The notes: generated by a model from the sequence alone, not told the origin. 64,000 nucleotides of DNA from an uncultured Candidatus Saccharibacteria bacterium (GCA_964651655.1 CAZYVS010000001.1:5132-69131), one strand, 5' to 3'; positions 48,219-58,884 are shown, counted from the stretch's first letter. Made by a program: numbers and translations.

Positions 48219-48282
48219 TTAAGTGGTATAACTTCGGTCTCCAAAACCGATATCGGGGGTTCGATTCCCTCATCGCCCGCCA
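48209..48282 (+). tRNA. tRNA-Trp(CCA)
   Basis: GGGCGAT/ATCGCCC acceptor, TCGGT-CTCCAAA-ACCGA anticodon arm, CCA end. Confidence 0.95.
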
Positions 48283-48283
48283 A

Positions 48284-48457
48284 TCAGATTTTCTTTTCCT
48301 TGTAGATGGTGTGCTTGCGCGCTATGGGGTTGTATTTTTTGAACTCAAGTTTGCGCTCGACGGATTTTCGATTTTTGCGCGAATAATAAGTGTGGCCTTT
48401 ACCGACCCCTTTTTCGTCTCCCACCGAGACTAGTTTTATGAGATGCAATTGCGACAT
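48284..48457 (-). CDS. rpmG: 50S ribosomal protein L33 (not in ORF track)
   Basis: MSQLHLIKL...GHTYYSRKNRKSVERKLEFKKYNPIARKHTIYKEKKI. Confidence 0.9.
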   Translation of the reverse strand: MSQLHLIKLVSVGDEKGVGKGHTYYSRKNRKSVERKLEFKKYNPIARKHTIYKEKKI

Positions 48458-48469
48458 GGAAAGAAATGG

Positions 48470-48724
48470 TTACTTAGCGGCATAAATCTCAGCTCCTTCC
48501 TTCACCGGCTGAGAAACCTTTATAGCCACTTCTTCACCTTTCTTGCCAGACTTGACAGATTTGTGATCAAGTTGCATAGAAGCAACCGTGTCCGTAAATT
48601 CTTGATCCCCGCGTCTTATATTGACCTGGCTCCCAACTTTGAGAGCCTTATTCAATCTAACCACCGCCACGCCAAGCTTGTCGTAGAAATGCACCACCTT
48701 GCCGATTGGTTTTTCCTTTAACAT
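48470..48724 (-). CDS. small beta-barrel protein (translation-factor-like / peptidase U32 C-terminal-like)
   Basis: IGKVVHFYDKLGVAVV.L...L.VG...SMQ.DH...G.EVAIKV. Confidence 0.7.
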   Translation of the reverse strand: MLKEKPIGKVVHFYDKLGVAVVRLNKALKVGSQVNIRRGDQEFTDTVASMQLDHKSVKSGKKGEEVAIKVSQPVKEGAEIYAAK

Positions 48725-48840
48725 GACATAAATGCTACACAGTCTATTAAATTTTGCAAGTCACTAGAAAGTGAACGTGTAGAGAAGGATGCCCAGAAAA
48801 AGTGACGCAAAACAAGCAAAAAAACCGATAGTTTCTATCG

Positions 48841-50349
48841 TCATATGCAGCAACTTAATTGGGAAATGTCTTTGGTGAATGACAGCGCGACAATTTTTAT
48901 GGATTCCGACAGCGTCGGGAACATCGGCAAGGAATTTGTTACATCGTCAATCGTGTTTTTGTTCTTGACCAGTATCATGGCTTCGGCGATAAGCTCGCCA
49001 GCATTCGGCGCGAGAATATGCACGCCAAGAATTTGTTTCGTTTTCGGATGAATCGCCATTTTTATCATTCCCTCGGTACGGTGCATGATAATCGCTTTTG
49101 GCACATCCTCGAACGAAACCGTGCGGCAGGCACATACCCCCATTTGCTTCATCTGCTCGTCCTCGGTAAAACCGACACCGGCAAGCTGGGGGTCGGTAAA
49201 AATAGTGTAGGGCACGGTATTATAGTCAATCGATTTGAGCGTTTGCCCTGAGCGAGCGTCAGCGAGTCGAAGGGCGTTTTCCGCGGCCAGCGTTCCTTCT
49301 CGTCCGGCGGTCGGTTCAAGACGCAAGGGTCCGCTCGTAACATCGCCGACTGCAAAAATATGCGGTTGCGAAGTTTGGAAGTGCTGATTGACTACAACAG
49401 CTTTCTTTGCATCAATGTTAACCCCGGCTTTATCTAATCCAAGGCCGCCAGTATTCGGGGTTTTACCTGCGGCAAGAAGAATCTCGTCAGCAGATGTTTC
49501 TTCTGGTTTGCCGCCAACGGTGTAAGAAACGACTTTTTTATCTTTTTCCTTTCGGGCACTTTTTACTTCGACATTTGTTTTTATGATTATGCCCTCCTTC
49601 TGTAGTAATTCCTGAAGGCGGTCTGTGAATGCCTTTTCGGCGGGCGGAAATAATGAGGGCCCGCGCTGGAGAATCGTTACTTTTGTGCCGAAACGCGAGA
49701 ACATTTGCCCGAATTCAAGTCCCAGAGGGCCCGCACCAACCACGATCAATTCTTTCGGCTGATTTTGCAGACGCAATGCTTCAATATGAGTGATAAATCC
49801 AACTTCGCGAATACCCTCAATCGGCGGAACATTAGCAGTTGAACCAGCGGCGATAATAAATTTTTCCGCACTCAGTTTTTCCTTGCCCGCCGAAGCTTTA
49901 GCGAAGGAGGGTCCGTTGACTTCAATTTTGTTTTGAGAAACAAATTTTGCCTTTCCTTCGATAACGGTGACATTCTCAAGATACTTTAAAACTTTTTCAT
50001 ATTTTTCAACCCGCAACTTTTCAACCAGCGATAATTCATCTTGCACAACTTTCTGAAAATCAAAATTTTTCACTTCAAGCTCAACACCGGCAACACCGTG
50101 ATGTTTGGCATAATGCAAAATTTCGCCAGCGTAAAGAAGCGTCTTTGACGGCACACACCCGACATTGACGCAAGTGCCACCAAGCGGCAGTCCGGAGTTA
50201 ATGAGTGCCGTTTTTGCTTTAAGTTCGTTGGCGCGGATGGCGGCGGCAAATGCCCCCGCCCCGCCGCCGATAATTATAAGGTCAAATTTTTTCACCCCGT
50301 TAGAAATTTGGGCTCTCTCATCTTTAAATTTTGTCTCGTTTTTCGCCAT
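48841..50349 (-). CDS. merA: mercuric reductase (no NmerA domain)
   Basis: GGGAGA FAD motif, GGTCVNVGCVPSK redox pair, C-terminal LSCC. Confidence 0.85.
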   Translation of the reverse strand: MAKNETKFKDERAQISNGVKKFDLIIIGGGAGAFAAAIRANELKAKTALINSGLPLGGTCVNVGCVPSKTLLYAGEILHYAKHHGVAGVELEVKNFDFQKVVQDELSLVEKLRVEKYEKVLKYLENVTVIEGKAKFVSQNKIEVNGPSFAKASAGKEKLSAEKFIIAAGSTANVPPIEGIREVGFITHIEALRLQNQPKELIVVGAGPLGLEFGQMFSRFGTKVTILQRGPSLFPPAEKAFTDRLQELLQKEGIIIKTNVEVKSARKEKDKKVVSYTVGGKPEETSADEILLAAGKTPNTGGLGLDKAGVNIDAKKAVVVNQHFQTSQPHIFAVGDVTSGPLRLEPTAGREGTLAAENALRLADARSGQTLKSIDYNTVPYTIFTDPQLAGVGFTEDEQMKQMGVCACRTVSFEDVPKAIIMHRTEGMIKMAIHPKTKQILGVHILAPNAGELIAEAMILVKNKNTIDDVTNSLPMFPTLSESIKIVALSFTKDISQLSCCI

Positions 50350-50479
50350 AACTTTATTGTTAGATTATTTTTTTGAGCTTGTCTGTATCCATACTTGAAT
50401 TCATATTCAAATGATAGCAAAATAAGAATCAATCTGAAATAACCAGTGTTTACACTGAGCGAGCCTTAGCGAGTCGAAG

Positions 50480-50563
50480 TGCGCCGGGCAGGATTCGAAC
50501 CTGCGTAGGCCTAAGGCCGACAGATTTACAGTCTGTTGCGATTGACCGCTCCGCCACCGACGC
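50480..50563 (-). tRNA. tRNA-Tyr(GTA)
   Basis: ACAGA-CTGTAAA-TCTGT anticodon arm, variable arm, GGTTCGAATCC. Confidence 0.95.
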
Positions 50564-50693
50564 AATTTAACCATCCTAATTGAAATTAACGCAATTTGCA
50601 AAAATCCAACATTGTGCTAACGTTAGGAGCGGATCCATTGGCGAGGGTGAATTCCCGTCACACGTCATCCTTGCCTCTCCCGGGGGTGCACCA

Positions 50694-50740
50694 GAGGGGG
50701 GTCGCCGCGATACGCCTCCAGCGGTGGCCCCTCTTTTTTT
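50694..50740 (+). terminator. intrinsic terminator-like hairpin
   Basis: GAGGGGGGTCGCCGC...GCGGTGGCCCCTC followed by a T-run. Confidence 0.6.
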
Positions 50741-53414
50741 ATTTTAGGACCGGTTCTTTTTTCGTGATTATCGCGCCCACATGACCCGAGTATCTGCTCC
50801 TTTTAACATCGAAAGTAAATTGACCGTCTTTAACATTAACCAAAACCATACCCCCAGAAAGCACTTTATTTGAAATCATCATGGAGGCTACGGGATTTAG
50901 AATTTTGTCTTGAATCAGACGCTTTAATGGTCTGGCTCCGTATTGTGGATCATATCCTTCTTTGGCCAATAATTCCGAAACTGATTCCGTGGTAGAAAGA
51001 TCGATTTCCTTATCCTTCAGGCGTTTCTTAATAATATCAATTTGAATATTGACTATCTCTTGGACTGCTTCTTTTGAAAGAATGTCGAAGATAATAATAT
51101 CGTCAAGACGATTAAGAAATTCGGGTCGGAAATGTTCCTTAAGGGTTGAGAGCACTTTTTCCTTCACGTCTTCATAAGTTTCCTTCTCACCATTACTGAA
51201 TCCGATGGTTTGCATCTTGTCTATATATTGGGCTCCGACATTGGAAGTCATAATAATAACCGTATTTTTGAAATTAATGACTCTGCCCTTGGCATCGGTC
51301 AAACGACCGTTATCAAGAATCTGCAATAAAATGTTGAACACTTCTGGGTGAGCTTTTTCTATCTCATCAAAGAGAATCACAGAATATGGTCTGTGTCTCA
51401 CCGATTCGGCGAAACTCGAACCTTCTTCAAAGCCGACATACCCCGGCGGTGCGCCGATTAATTTTGAGACGGAATGTTTTTCCATAAACTCCGACATATC
51501 CACGCGGATGAGCGCTCGTTCGTCATCAAACATAAATTCGGTTAGAGCTTTGGTCAATTCTGTCTTCCCCACTCCGGTCGGACCGAGAAAAATGAAAGAA
51601 CCGATAGGACGATTGGGGTCGGAAATACCGGCGCGCGAACGTTTGATAGTATCGGAAATTTTTCTGACTACCTCATTTTGACCCACAATGCGCCTTTTGA
51701 GAAATTCTTCCATTCTGGAAAGTTTGATGGCTTCCTCTTCAAGCATTCTGGCCACCGGAACGCCGGTCCAACGGCTAACCACCAAAGCGATGTCCGAGGC
51801 GGTAATTTCCTCTTTCAAGATCCGTCGCGAACTCTGTAGTTTTTTGAGACGTTTGTTTTTCAAATCTAACTCCTTTTCTAAAGAAGGAATTCTGCCATAA
51901 CGAAGTTCGGCCGCTTGAGATAAATCGGCGCGCGCTTCCGCCGCTTCCGCTTCAATTCGCAAGGCTTCAAGAGATTTTTTAATCTCTTTTATTTCTCCCA
52001 CAGTCTCCTTCTCATTTTTCCATTTGAGTTCAATTTCGCCCGTATCCTCTTTCAAATCGGCAATCTCTGTGTTGATAGTCTTGAGCCGAGTTTTAACCTT
52101 AAAATTTTTGGTTTCTTTTTTAAGCGCCTCTTTCTCTATTTCAAGCTTCATAATTTTTGATTGCGCGTCTTGAAGAACCGGGGGCATATTTTCAAGAGAA
52201 ATTTTTAAAAACGACGCCGCTTCATCAATCAAATCAACCGCTTTATCCGGTAAGAATCGATCGGTAATATAACGCGAGGACAAGGCGACAGCCGCTTGGA
52301 TAGCGTCATCGGTAATATGCACTCCATGATAAAGCTCGTAGCGCTCTTTGAGGCCGCGTAAAATTGTCATAGCATCCTCAAGAGACGGTTCCTGAACGTA
52401 AACCGGCTGGAAACGACGGGTCAGAGCCGGATCTTTCTCAATATGTTTTTGATATTCGCGCAGAGTGGTCGCGCCAATGGCTCGCAGTTCACCCCGAGCC
52501 AGGGAAGGTTTGAGCATATTGGAAGCATCCATTGATCCTTCCGCGGCTCCCGCGCCGACAATGGTATGAATTTCATCAATAAAAAGGATTATCTTGCCGT
52601 CAGACTTCTCGATTTCTTTGATAATATTTTTTAGCCGCTCCTCAAATTCTCCGCGATATTTGGTGCCGGCGATCAAGAGACCGATATCAAGAGAAACCAA
52701 TTCCTTATCCTTCAAAGACTCCGGTACGTTGCTACTTGCCATGCGTAAAGCGAGACCTTCGGCAATAGCCGTTTTACCGACTCCGGCTTCACCTATAAGA
52801 ATAGGATTATTCTTGGTACGACGGGAAAGAATCTGAATGATTCGCGAAACTTCATCGTCCCGACCGATGACCGGGTCAAGTTTGTTGGCTTTGGCCAGTT
52901 GAGTCAAAGAGCGAGTATATTTGGAAAGCGATTTGAATTTTTTGGTTTCTTTCGGTTCGACGGGACCGGCTTTTTTTAGCTCCTCCAACACCTTCAGAAC
53001 CGTTTGCCTGTCAATTTTAAATTTAAGCAACAGCTCGCGCGCCTCGCCCGGGACGTCCAAGACGGCAATAAAGAGATGCTCGGTTGAAACAAATTCATCT
53101 CCCAAAGATTGCGCCACCTTGCTCGACGACTCAATAGTATGGGCCAGTTCCGGAGTCAGATAAATTTGATAAGAAGGAGAAATAGTTTGGCTGGTTTCCG
53201 GACTTTCTATCACATCAAGCACCGAATCTGTCAGGAGAATCGTATCAATATTCATTTTGTCCAAAATCGAGATAGCCATGCTTTCCTCTTGCAATAAAAG
53301 CGCGGCCAAAAGATGCATGGGATTAACGTGATTTTGCCCGCGCTCAATGGCCAGCTCATGCGCCCGGCGGATGACATCTTTGGCTTTGGTAGTGAAATGA
53401 TTAAATGGTTGCAT
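50739..53414 (-). CDS. clpB: ATP-dependent chaperone ClpB
   Basis: Clp-N repeats, two AAA+ domains ([16 protein letters not shown]), long middle coiled coil. Confidence 0.93.
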   Translation of the reverse strand: MQPFNHFTTKAKDVIRRAHELAIERGQNHVNPMHLLAALLLQEESMAISILDKMNIDTILLTDSVLDVIESPETSQTISPSYQIYLTPELAHTIESSSKVAQSLGDEFVSTEHLFIAVLDVPGEARELLLKFKIDRQTVLKVLEELKKAGPVEPKETKKFKSLSKYTRSLTQLAKANKLDPVIGRDDEVSRIIQILSRRTKNNPILIGEAGVGKTAIAEGLALRMASSNVPESLKDKELVSLDIGLLIAGTKYRGEFEERLKNIIKEIEKSDGKIILFIDEIHTIVGAGAAEGSMDASNMLKPSLARGELRAIGATTLREYQKHIEKDPALTRRFQPVYVQEPSLEDAMTILRGLKERYELYHGVHITDDAIQAAVALSSRYITDRFLPDKAVDLIDEAASFLKISLENMPPVLQDAQSKIMKLEIEKEALKKETKNFKVKTRLKTINTEIADLKEDTGEIELKWKNEKETVGEIKEIKKSLEALRIEAEAAEARADLSQAAELRYGRIPSLEKELDLKNKRLKKLQSSRRILKEEITASDIALVVSRWTGVPVARMLEEEAIKLSRMEEFLKRRIVGQNEVVRKISDTIKRSRAGISDPNRPIGSFIFLGPTGVGKTELTKALTEFMFDDERALIRVDMSEFMEKHSVSKLIGAPPGYVGFEEGSSFAESVRHRPYSVILFDEIEKAHPEVFNILLQILDNGRLTDAKGRVINFKNTVIIMTSNVGAQYIDKMQTIGFSNGEKETYEDVKEKVLSTLKEHFRPEFLNRLDDIIIFDILSKEAVQEIVNIQIDIIKKRLKDKEIDLSTTESVSELLAKEGYDPQYGARPLKRLIQDKILNPVASMMISNKVLSGGMVLVNVKDGQFTFDVKRSRYSGHVGAIITKKEPVLK

Positions 53415-53439
53415 AGTTATTTATCACACACTCGCTTCG

Positions 53440-54432
53440 CTATTTTACCATAGGCTTGCAAATTTTACAAAATATTTTGACAGCCTGTTTGATATCGTCT
53501 AGAGAAGTAAAGCGGCCGAAGGAGAAACGTACCGGCGTGCTTGGCGGTTCAGGCTTGTTTGAGTTGCACGCGGGTCCAGCGGAGACTAGGATACCAGCCC
53601 GATCAAGAGCAAGGACAAGAAATTCTGGAAGAATACCTGGCACTAAGATATGAACAACATTGGGTAGACTTCTGGTAATGAGTGCTTGGGGTAAGGACTG
53701 CTGAATCAACTCCACAAATTCAACACTCAACAAATCTAGACGTTTACGCTCTAATGTTCTATCGCGGACAGCTATTTCGAGCGCTTTGGCAAATCCTGCA
53801 ATTAACGGCACGACTGGAGTACCTAGCGGCGGAAGATCGAGCTTAACACCTTTTTTAACGACTAACGCTCCGATACCTTTCGGTCCATAAAGTTTCGCCG
53901 AGTCGAGAGTCAAAAGATCACACGAGAGAGCCTCAAGTCCGACGTTAAAATACGCCGCAGTCTGTGAGGCATCAATGTGTAGAAGTGGGAACTCGGTATT
54001 GCCCTTCTTCCTTTCCTGACGTATTTTGCGACCGAGCTTATTATCTGTCGTAACACTTGAGATAAGGGTAGTCTCCGCACCTGCCTTGCCGGCAGGCAGG
54101 CCCGTAATACCTTTGGCGGCCTCCGATACCGATGGGTGAGAATCTTGTCCAACAACAATGCGTCCTGGTTTTACTCCCCTTACCGCCCAGGTATTGGCCT
54201 CTGTCCCACCAGAAGTAAAGATGATTGCCTCTTTTGCTACGCCCAAGATTCGAGCAATTTTCGTGCGGTACTCATCTACGTCTTTTTTAATCCTCACCCC
54301 CTCCTCGTAAATAGCGTTGGGATTATAAAAATCTTTCGACCAATATTTCTCCATAACTTTTTTCACTTCGGGCAAGACCGGCGTAGCAGAAGCGTAATCA
54401 AGAAAAATTCTATTTTTGTCGGATTGATTCAT
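53440..54432 (-). CDS. cysteine desulfurase (NifS/IscS-like, shortened)
   Basis: LDYASATP, FTSGGTE, DASQ, SAKLYGPKG, SAGPAC. Confidence 0.8.
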   Translation of the reverse strand: MNQSDKNRIFLDYASATPVLPEVKKVMEKYWSKDFYNPNAIYEEGVRIKKDVDEYRTKIARILGVAKEAIIFTSGGTEANTWAVRGVKPGRIVVGQDSHPSVSEAAKGITGLPAGKAGAETTLISSVTTDNKLGRKIRQERKKGNTEFPLLHIDASQTAAYFNVGLEALSCDLLTLDSAKLYGPKGIGALVVKKGVKLDLPPLGTPVVPLIAGFAKALEIAVRDRTLERKRLDLLSVEFVELIQQSLPQALITRSLPNVVHILVPGILPEFLVLALDRAGILVSAGPACNSNKPEPPSTPVRFSFGRFTSLDDIKQAVKIFCKICKPMVK

Positions 54433-54498
54433 TATGCCGACATTTTATAGATACAGGCTGTTTTTGCAACATTTTTATGATATGGTTAGAACTTAATT

Positions 54499-56031
54499 AT
54501 GATTAAATCTAGACAAACAAGAGAAAAAGAAACCCGTCCGCCGGTAGTGGCCATCTTAGGACACATTGACCATGGCAAATCAACGCTCATCGACTATATT
54601 AGAAAAACCAGCGTGACCGGGACAGAGGTCGGAGGCATTACTCAACACATTAGCGCTTATGAGATTACGCGCACCACAAACGATGGACGGGAGAAACACA
54701 TAACATTTCTTGACACTCCCGGTCATGAGGCCTTCAGCAGTATTCGCGCTCGTTGTACAAATGTGGCGGATATGGCGGCGCTCATAGTCAGCGCCGAAGA
54801 TGGTGTCAAACCCCAAACGCTTGAAGTCTTCAAACAAATCAAGGAATGCGCTTTGCCCTATTTGGTGGTCATTACAAAAATTGACAAATCTTCGGCCGAT
54901 GTTCCACGCACTAAACAAAATTTAGCTGAAAATGAAATCTATGTGGAAGGTTACGGCGGCGATACGCCAGTGGTGGCGTTGTCGGTTAAAACCGGAGAGG
55001 GAGTGGATGAATTTTTAGAAATGATCGGCCTCATTTCCGAACTTGAAGAAAAGACGGCCGATCGAGATATGTTGGGTTCCGGAATTATTATAGAAAGCAA
55101 GCATGATGCTAAAAGAGGCATAGTCGCGGTAGGTATTATAAAAAATGGCACAATACGCCCGGGCTTATTTGCCGCCGCTAAAGCGGGACAAGCCGCCAGT
55201 ATCGGTACTATAGCTCCGATACGTTTTCTTCTTGACGCGGAAGGAAAGATGGCTGATGAACTCTCGTTCTCCAGTCCCGTACAAATTGCCGGCTGGGATA
55301 AAATGCCGACGATAGGAGAAGAATTTAAAACATTTCTTAAGAAAGACGAAGCGCTCGCCTTTGCCACGACAATCTCTAAAAAAACCATTTCACCAAACCG
55401 GACACAATTTGAGACCGACAAAAATATTTTTGCCCTGCCATTGATAATTAAGGCAGACACTACCGGCAGCTTAGAAGCCATAACCGGAGAACTTAGAAAA
55501 CTTTCAAGAGAACGGATCGCGCCGCAAATTATCCTTTCCAATGTCGGCAGTATTAACGAAAACGATGTCAAATCCGCTATGGCCACTGCCGGCGCGGTCA
55601 TAATCGGCTTTAATGCTAAAGTGGAATCTAGAGTCGCTCTCTTGGCCGAACGTTCCGGCATTACTATTCTGACATTTAATATTATTTATGAACTTACAGA
55701 TAAGGTGAAGGAATTACTATCTTTAAGGGAGCCGAGAGTTGAGATAGAAACAATCATCGGCACTTCTAAAGTGCTAAAACTATTCGGCATCACTAAAGGC
55801 AAACAAATTGTGGGCGGGCGCGTGTTGTCGGGTCAAATCAAACACGGCGCTAATGTTAAAATTATCAGACGCGGAACGGAACTTGGCGCCGGTAAAGTTA
55901 AAGAACTCCAGCAGTCTAAAATCGCCATCGATTCGGTAAACGAGGATGTTGAATTCGGCGCAATGATTGAATCTAAAATAGAAATTGCCACAGGCGACAT
56001 CCTGAAAGCAGTCGCTACCTCCATAAAATAA
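54499..56031 (+). CDS. infB: translation initiation factor IF-2 (short, no N-terminal domain)
   Basis: RPPVV...GHIDHGKST, GGITQHI, DTPGHEAF. Confidence 0.95.
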   Translation: MIKSRQTREKETRPPVVAILGHIDHGKSTLIDYIRKTSVTGTEVGGITQHISAYEITRTTNDGREKHITFLDTPGHEAFSSIRARCTNVADMAALIVSAEDGVKPQTLEVFKQIKECALPYLVVITKIDKSSADVPRTKQNLAENEIYVEGYGGDTPVVALSVKTGEGVDEFLEMIGLISELEEKTADRDMLGSGIIIESKHDAKRGIVAVGIIKNGTIRPGLFAAAKAGQAASIGTIAPIRFLLDAEGKMADELSFSSPVQIAGWDKMPTIGEEFKTFLKKDEALAFATTISKKTISPNRTQFETDKNIFALPLIIKADTTGSLEAITGELRKLSRERIAPQIILSNVGSINENDVKSAMATAGAVIIGFNAKVESRVALLAERSGITILTFNIIYELTDKVKELLSLREPRVEIETIIGTSKVLKLFGITKGKQIVGGRVLSGQIKHGANVKIIRRGTELGAGKVKELQQSKIAIDSVNEDVEFGAMIESKIEIATGDILKAVATSIK

Positions 56032-56357
56032 TGAGAGAGATCAAGAGAGAGAAAATGAGAGAAATAATCCATCGCTTAGCGGCGGAGTTTGTCAGAAACG
56101 AAGCCGGCGATACTTCGCTTCTGACTATCACCAGAGTGGAAATTTCGCCCACCGGGAAAGAGTCAAAAATATATTTTACCACCCTTCCGGAAAACCTAGA
56201 AAACACTGCTTTAAAATTTTTAATAAGAAAAACTCCAGAGTTTAATGTATACGTGAGAAATAAATCTCGTCTCGGTATGGTGCCGCATATTGATTTTAAA
56301 ATCGACTACGGCGAACGCCATCGCCAGAAACTCGACGAATTAAGCGAGGAACATTAA
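56031..56357 (+). CDS. rbfA: ribosome-binding factor A
   Basis: Follows infB; LTITRVEIS...P.I.F..D pattern. Confidence 0.8.
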   Translation: MREIKREKMREIIHRLAAEFVRNEAGDTSLLTITRVEISPTGKESKIYFTTLPENLENTALKFLIRKTPEFNVYVRNKSRLGMVPHIDFKIDYGERHRQKLDELSEEH

Positions 56358-56369
56358 TATATCACTGTC

Positions 56370-56440
56370 GCGAGTATGGTCTAACGGTATGACACGACCT
56401 TCCCAAGGTTGAAACCGGGGTCCGACTCCCCGTACTCGCA
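56370..56440 (+). tRNA. tRNA-Gly(CCC)
   Basis: GCGAGTA/TACTCGC acceptor, CGACC-TTCCCAA-GGTTG. Confidence 0.92.
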
Positions 56441-56461
56441 CAAAAATCACGAAGTCCAATT

Positions 56462-56537
56462 TGGTGCGCCCTGAAGGGATCGAACCTTCGACCTTATCCT
56501 TAAGAGGGATCTGCTCTACCAGCTGAGCTAAGGGCGC
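56462..56537 (-). tRNA. tRNA-Lys(CTT)
   Basis: GCGCCCTTAGCTCAGCTGGTAGAGC...CTCTTAA...GGTTCGATCC...CCA. Confidence 0.93.
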
Positions 56538-56601
56538 ATATAAATCAAAGTATCACAAAAAAGCGATAATTTTTCAATTATGATAAAGTGATATCCGCTA
56601 T

Positions 56602-56673
56602 GGCCTAGTGGCGAAGGGGTAACGCGGCTGTCTGCAAAACAGCTACACGCCGGTTCGAGTCCGACCTAGGCCT
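56602..56673 (+). tRNA. tRNA-Cys(GCA)
   Basis: GCTGT-CTGCAAA-ACAGC; U73 discriminator. Confidence 0.93.
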
Positions 56674-56697
56674 CAAGCTATGATGATGTAGCTTTAT

Positions 56698-56779
56698 GCC
56701 CGGGTGGCGTAATTGGCAGCCGCGTCCGACTTAAGATCGGATACCGAAAGGTGTGTGGGTCCAAATCCCACCCCGGGCA
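56698..56779 (+). tRNA. tRNA-Leu(TAA)
   Basis: TCCGA-CTTAAGA-TCGGA, variable arm. Confidence 0.9.
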
Positions 56780-56781
56780 CT

Positions 56782-56866
56782 GCCGAGGTGGCGAAATTGG
56801 TAGACGTACTTGCCTTAGGAGCAAGCGGGGTAACCCATGGGAGTTCAAATCTCCCCCTCGGCACCA
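56782..56866 (+). tRNA. tRNA-Leu(TAG)
   Basis: CTTGC-CTTAGGA-GCAAG, variable arm, CCA. Confidence 0.94.
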
Positions 56867-56888
56867 AACCTGATATAGTATGCGATAA

Positions 56889-58811
56889 ATGAAAAAGGAA
56901 GAAAATAAAATATTCGAGGGTAATATCCGCGTCACAAGCAAAGGCGTCGGCTACTTCCCTATCTCGGATGATTCAGAAGATTATGAAATTCAGCCGGACA
57001 ACTTAAAAACTGCTCTTGATCACGATAGGGTTAAAATCGCGCTTTTAGACAAAGAAGTTTTTGGACGCAAACAAGCCGAAGTACTGGAGATAACGGAGCG
57101 GCACAAAACAAAATTTGTCGGCACTCTTGAGAAAGATGGAGACATATTTTTCCTCGTACCTGATGACAAAAGAATGTATAGAGATATAGTTGTGCCCCTT
57201 GACTCCGCTCGGGGCGCCTACGACGGAGATAAAGTCCAGGTCAAGATTACAGAATGGCTCGACCCGGCCAAAAGCCCACAAGGAGAAGTGGTTCGAGTCA
57301 TTGGACGCGCCGGAGAACATAACGCCGAGATGCTAGGCATTGTTTACGAAAGCGGCTTTGAAGTGGACTTTCCTCCTGAAGTGGAAAAGGAGGCACAGGA
57401 GTGGAAAAAGAAATATAAAAAGGAAGACTTACTCAAAGATCGAAAAGACTTCCGCGAAACCACGACCTTTACCATCGACCCGGCGGATGCCAAGGACTTC
57501 GACGATGCCCTGTCTTTCAAAGAACTGCCAAACGGTAATTATGAAATCGGTATTCATATCGCTGATGTCTCACATTTTGTGGTAGAAAAGACAGCACTGG
57601 ACAAAGAAGCACTCAAGCGCGGCACGTCTATCTATCTTGTGGACCGCACTATTCCAATGCTTCCGGAAGTGCTTTCCAACGATCTATGCTCTCTTAATGC
57701 CAACGAACCCAAATACGCTTTTTCAGTTGTCTTCGTGGTAGACAAATCGGCCAAAGTTAAAGAACGTTGGTTTGGTAAGACGCTTATAACATCTGATAAA
57801 CGATTTACCTACGAAGAAGCACAGGAGATTATGGACCAAGGGACAGGAATATTTGTTGATGAACTTAAAACTTTGAATGAACTTGCTAAAATACTTCGAG
57901 AAGAAAGATTTAAAAACGGCGCGATTGATTTTGAAACCGAGGAAGTGAAATTTGAACTTGACCACTTGGGCAAACCGATTCGAGTATATAGAAAAGAGCG
58001 TAAAGATACCCATAAACTAATCGAGGAATTCATGCTTCTGGCTAATCGCGAAGTGGCAACCTTTATGCACACTATCAATGGTAAAAATAGTCATGCGGCG
58101 TTCGTTTATCGCATCCACGATGCTCCGGATAGGGAAAAAATTGTAAATCTTGCTACCTTCGTCAAAGCACTCGGTTTCGAACTCAAAAACAAGGATGGAG
58201 AAACCACCGCGGAAGATATCTCCAGGATGCTTCGTTCAGTTGATGGCAGTCCGGCAGAAATGCTTATAAAGACAGCGGCCATCAGAGCCATGTCCAAAGC
58301 CATTTATTCAACTTCGAATATTGGCCATTTCGGACTGGCTTTTGAATATTACACCCACTTCACTTCTCCCATTCGCCGTTATCCGGATTTGATGGTTCAC
58401 AGATTGCTTCTGCGTTTCTTGACCAAGGGTAAAATTGAGCAGGATGAAATCATTAAGTATCAAAAGCTTTGCGCTGATTCAAGCGAGCGTGAACTTGAAG
58501 CGGCTCAAGCTGAACGAGCCTCTATCAAATACAAACAGGTGGAATACATGCAGGAACATATCGGCGAAGAATTCGACGCCATTATTTCCGGCGTTTCGGA
58601 ATGGGGTATTTATGTTGAGGAGATTAATACCAAAGCGGAAGGCATGGTCAAACTGCGAGACTTGAAGGATGATTTTTACGAACTGAACGAGAAACTCTAT
58701 GCTATAGTGGGTAAAAACACCGGCAAAAAATATTCTCTCGGTGATAAAGTCCGTGTTAAACTCATCGCCTCCGACCCAGAACGAAAAACTCTTGACTTTA
58801 TATTTGTTTAA
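56889..58811 (+). CDS. rnr: ribonuclease R
   Basis: TIDPADAKDFDDA, HIADVSH, HFTSPIRRYPD, S1 domain. Confidence 0.95.
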   Translation: MKKEENKIFEGNIRVTSKGVGYFPISDDSEDYEIQPDNLKTALDHDRVKIALLDKEVFGRKQAEVLEITERHKTKFVGTLEKDGDIFFLVPDDKRMYRDIVVPLDSARGAYDGDKVQVKITEWLDPAKSPQGEVVRVIGRAGEHNAEMLGIVYESGFEVDFPPEVEKEAQEWKKKYKKEDLLKDRKDFRETTTFTIDPADAKDFDDALSFKELPNGNYEIGIHIADVSHFVVEKTALDKEALKRGTSIYLVDRTIPMLPEVLSNDLCSLNANEPKYAFSVVFVVDKSAKVKERWFGKTLITSDKRFTYEEAQEIMDQGTGIFVDELKTLNELAKILREERFKNGAIDFETEEVKFELDHLGKPIRVYRKERKDTHKLIEEFMLLANREVATFMHTINGKNSHAAFVYRIHDAPDREKIVNLATFVKALGFELKNKDGETTAEDISRMLRSVDGSPAEMLIKTAAIRAMSKAIYSTSNIGHFGLAFEYYTHFTSPIRRYPDLMVHRLLLRFLTKGKIEQDEIIKYQKLCADSSERELEAAQAERASIKYKQVEYMQEHIGEEFDAIISGVSEWGIYVEEINTKAEGMVKLRDLKDDFYELNEKLYAIVGKNTGKKYSLGDKVRVKLIASDPERKTLDFIFV

Positions 58812-58856
58812 GTATACAACACTGTATCGGCGGTGGGTTTTTCTTTTTATATAAAT

Positions 58857-58884
58857 GCTAACATACGATATATCGTATGTTAGC
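58857..58884. repeat. 28-bp perfect palindrome GCTAACATACGATATATCGTATGTTAGC (GATATATC family)
   Basis: Seen directly between convergent rnr and smc. Confidence 0.85.

Noticed and set aside
47883-48282. Group I intron in tRNA-Trp encoding a GIY-YIG homing endonuclease
   Set aside because: No room for a ribozyme core (the ORF fills the interval) and the downstream tRNA is already complete
50407-50784. Small ORFs 50407-50601 and 50596-50784 (also 44145-44327, 56678-56941)
   Set aside because: They overlap tRNAs or structured RNA; spurious
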